A DNA stretch of 18,101 bases from Candidatus Eiseniibacteriota bacterium (lineage in GTDB: Bacteria > Eisenbacteria > RBG-16-71-46 > CAZEPH01). The stretch lies in the NCBI GenBank assembly GCA_044229145.1, contig JBGATO010000075.1, positions 1-18,101 on the forward strand, in the 5' to 3' direction. Shown piece by piece: positions 16,962 to 18,101 of this stretch. The first letter of the stretch is position 1; each line of letters starts with the position of its first letter. The notes beneath the pieces were generated by a model that saw only the letters and a program-made list of their open reading frames with translations, made no database searches and was not told the DNA's origin. Made by a program: the position numbers and the translations under genes.

Positions 16962-17768
16962 ATGTCCCGCCGCACGCCCGAAGAGATCGGCGCCGCCGTC
17001 GCCGAGGAGATCCGCATCGCCCGCCGCCTGCTCGCCGAGGACGGCTGTGCGTGGGATCGCGAGCAGACGCTCGCGTCGATGACGCCCTACCTCATCGAGG
17101 AGGCCCACGAGGTGGTGGAGACCATCGCACACGACGACGGACCGCATCTGCGCGAAGAGTTGGGCGACGTGCTGTACCTCGTCGCCTTCTTCGCCGAGTT
17201 GGCCGAGCGCGCGTACGGATTCGATCTCGCCGATGTCGCCGCCGACAACGTCACGAAGCTGACACGCCGGCATCCGCACGTGTTCGGCGACCGCGATGCG
17301 GCCGACGCGACGATGGCGCTGCGCGCGTGGGAGGAGTTGAAGGCGGCGGAGCGCGGCGGTGTCGCGGGCGCCAAGCCGGAACATCCGCTCGGCAAGTTTC
17401 CGAAGGGTCTGCCGGCGTTGATCGCCGCGTATCGCACGCAGCAGAAGGCGGCGGCGGCGGGGTTCGACTGGGCGACGGCGGGCGATGCGTTCGCCAAGGT
17501 GCGCGAGGAAGTTGGCGAGGTGGCCGAGGCGCTGGACGCCGGCGATCACGCGGCGCTCGGCGATGAGATCGGCGACGCGCTGTTCGCTCTGGCGACGTTC
17601 GCGCGACACGCGGGACACGATCCGGAGCAGGTGTTGCACAGTGCGGTGCGGCGGTATCGCGAAAGGTATGCGCGGATGGTGGGGCAGCTCGAGGCGCGCG
17701 GGGCGACGGTGGGCGGCGAGTCGCTCGAGGCGTTGTTGGCGGAGTGGAAGGTGGCGAAGGGTCGCTAG
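16962..17768 (+). CDS. mazG: Nucleoside triphosphate pyrophosphohydrolase MazG (two-domain)
   Basis: GCAWDREQT, LIEEAHEV, LREELGDVL, KLTRRHPHVFG, GFDW, KVREEVGEV, EIGDALF; GGAG RBS. Confidence 0.95.
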   Translation: MSRRTPEEIGAAVAEEIRIARRLLAEDGCAWDREQTLASMTPYLIEEAHEVVETIAHDDGPHLREELGDVLYLVAFFAELAERAYGFDLADVAADNVTKLTRRHPHVFGDRDAADATMALRAWEELKAAERGGVAGAKPEHPLGKFPKGLPALIAAYRTQQKAAAAGFDWATAGDAFAKVREEVGEVAEALDAGDHAALGDEIGDALFALATFARHAGHDPEQVLHSAVRRYRERYARMVGQLEARGATVGGESLEALLAEWKVAKGR

Positions 17769-17787
17769 AGACCCAGCGCCCGCTCCA

Positions 17788-17928
17788 CACGAGTTCGGCG
17801 AGCCGCGTCAACGAGATGCGTCCCTGCGCGACGCCTTCGGAGTACGCGAGCGACAGCAGCATCTCGATGACGGGCGCGCCGTTGCCGCATTGGTCGAACG
17901 GCACGGCGCCGCGCTTCTTCTCCACCTC
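17788..17928 (-). pseudogene. Fragment resembling the C-terminal part of a cyclic amidohydrolase (dihydropyrimidinase/allantoinase/dihydroorotase)
   Basis: EKKRGAVPFDQCGNGAPVIEMLLSLAYSEGVAQGRISLTRLAELV resembles the family segment F..xPNG.PGIE..L.LLYSEGV..GRISL.R.VEL. Flanking sequence shows no similarity. Confidence 0.6.
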
Positions 17929-17985
17929 GATGCGGAGGGCTCGGCCTGGCAGCACCGGAAACGAGTGTGGGATGCACGGTGAAAC

Positions 17986-18015
17986 GGAGGGGCGGGGATC
18001 TCTCCCCGCCCCTCC
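17986..18015 (-). terminator. Intrinsic terminator-like hairpin
   Basis: Perfect 13-bp inverted repeat GGAGGGGCGGGGA / TCCCCGCCCCTCC with a 4-nt loop, followed by GTTTC on the minus strand, ~36 nt after a minus-strand stop. Confidence 0.7.
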
Positions 18016-18051
18016 TGTCGACTCAGCCTTGGCTGAGGTCTGTCGTGCCCG

Positions 18052-18101
18052 CTAGCGGACGATCAGCAGGCGGCTGGTGAGCCGCTCGCCGGCGATCGTC
18101 G
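18052..18101 (-). CDS. 3' end of a protein with a FlgD/T9SS-like C-terminal tail (partial)
   Basis: Reads ...TIAGERLTSRLLIVR*, which parallels ...AGEVVTARKLTVVR* of 8346-11114, and is followed by a terminator hairpin. Confidence 0.55.
   Translation of the reverse strand, partial: TIAGERLTSRLLIVR

Noticed and set aside
17765..17977. 70-aa minus-strand ORF
   Set aside because: Arg-rich with no recognisable features; the overlapping frame carries the amidohydrolase-like signal instead.
11151..18015. Two GGGGCGG-stem hairpins (11151 and 17986) as a REP/MITE family
   Set aside because: Only two copies with a short shared core, both placed just after stop codons, so terminators explain them.
1..18101. 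CRISPR array, tRNA, transposase/integrase, BMC shell genes or a defence system
   Set aside because: No spaced direct repeats or matching motifs were seen. MazG is the housekeeping two-domain type with no adjacent toxin-antitoxin genes.

Overview
GC-rich bacterial window, possibly from an Eisenbacteria/Krumholzibacteriota-like lineage (inferred from the 16S start and protein C-terminal motifs). From left to right: the 5' end of a 16S rRNA gene with boxA and tandem promoters (-); tyrS (-); a class A PBP (+); a split nucleoside-catabolism cluster (pdp, a cdd::deoC fusion, deoB; all -) interrupted by a divergent pair of secreted proteins; a UGA-containing UxxC peroxiredoxin-like selenoprotein that the ORF track splits, translationally coupled to alr; a heavily frameshifted PHP-GT4 glycosyltransferase; mazG (+); an orphan cyclic amidohydrolase fragment; and the 3' tail of another secreted protein. 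Main highlights: (1) the Cdd-DeoC fusion, whose linker holds a BMC encapsulation-peptide-like helix, a CxxCxxCxxC motif and a copy of the DeoC C-terminal motif; (2) the hidden selenoprotein with a SECIS-like hairpin; (3) two kinds of C-terminal tail (SWGxVKAL and FlgD/T9SS-like) that may be sorting signals; (4) a secreted His-Cys clan CD-like protease candidate. All family assignments come from motif recognition by eye, not database searches.
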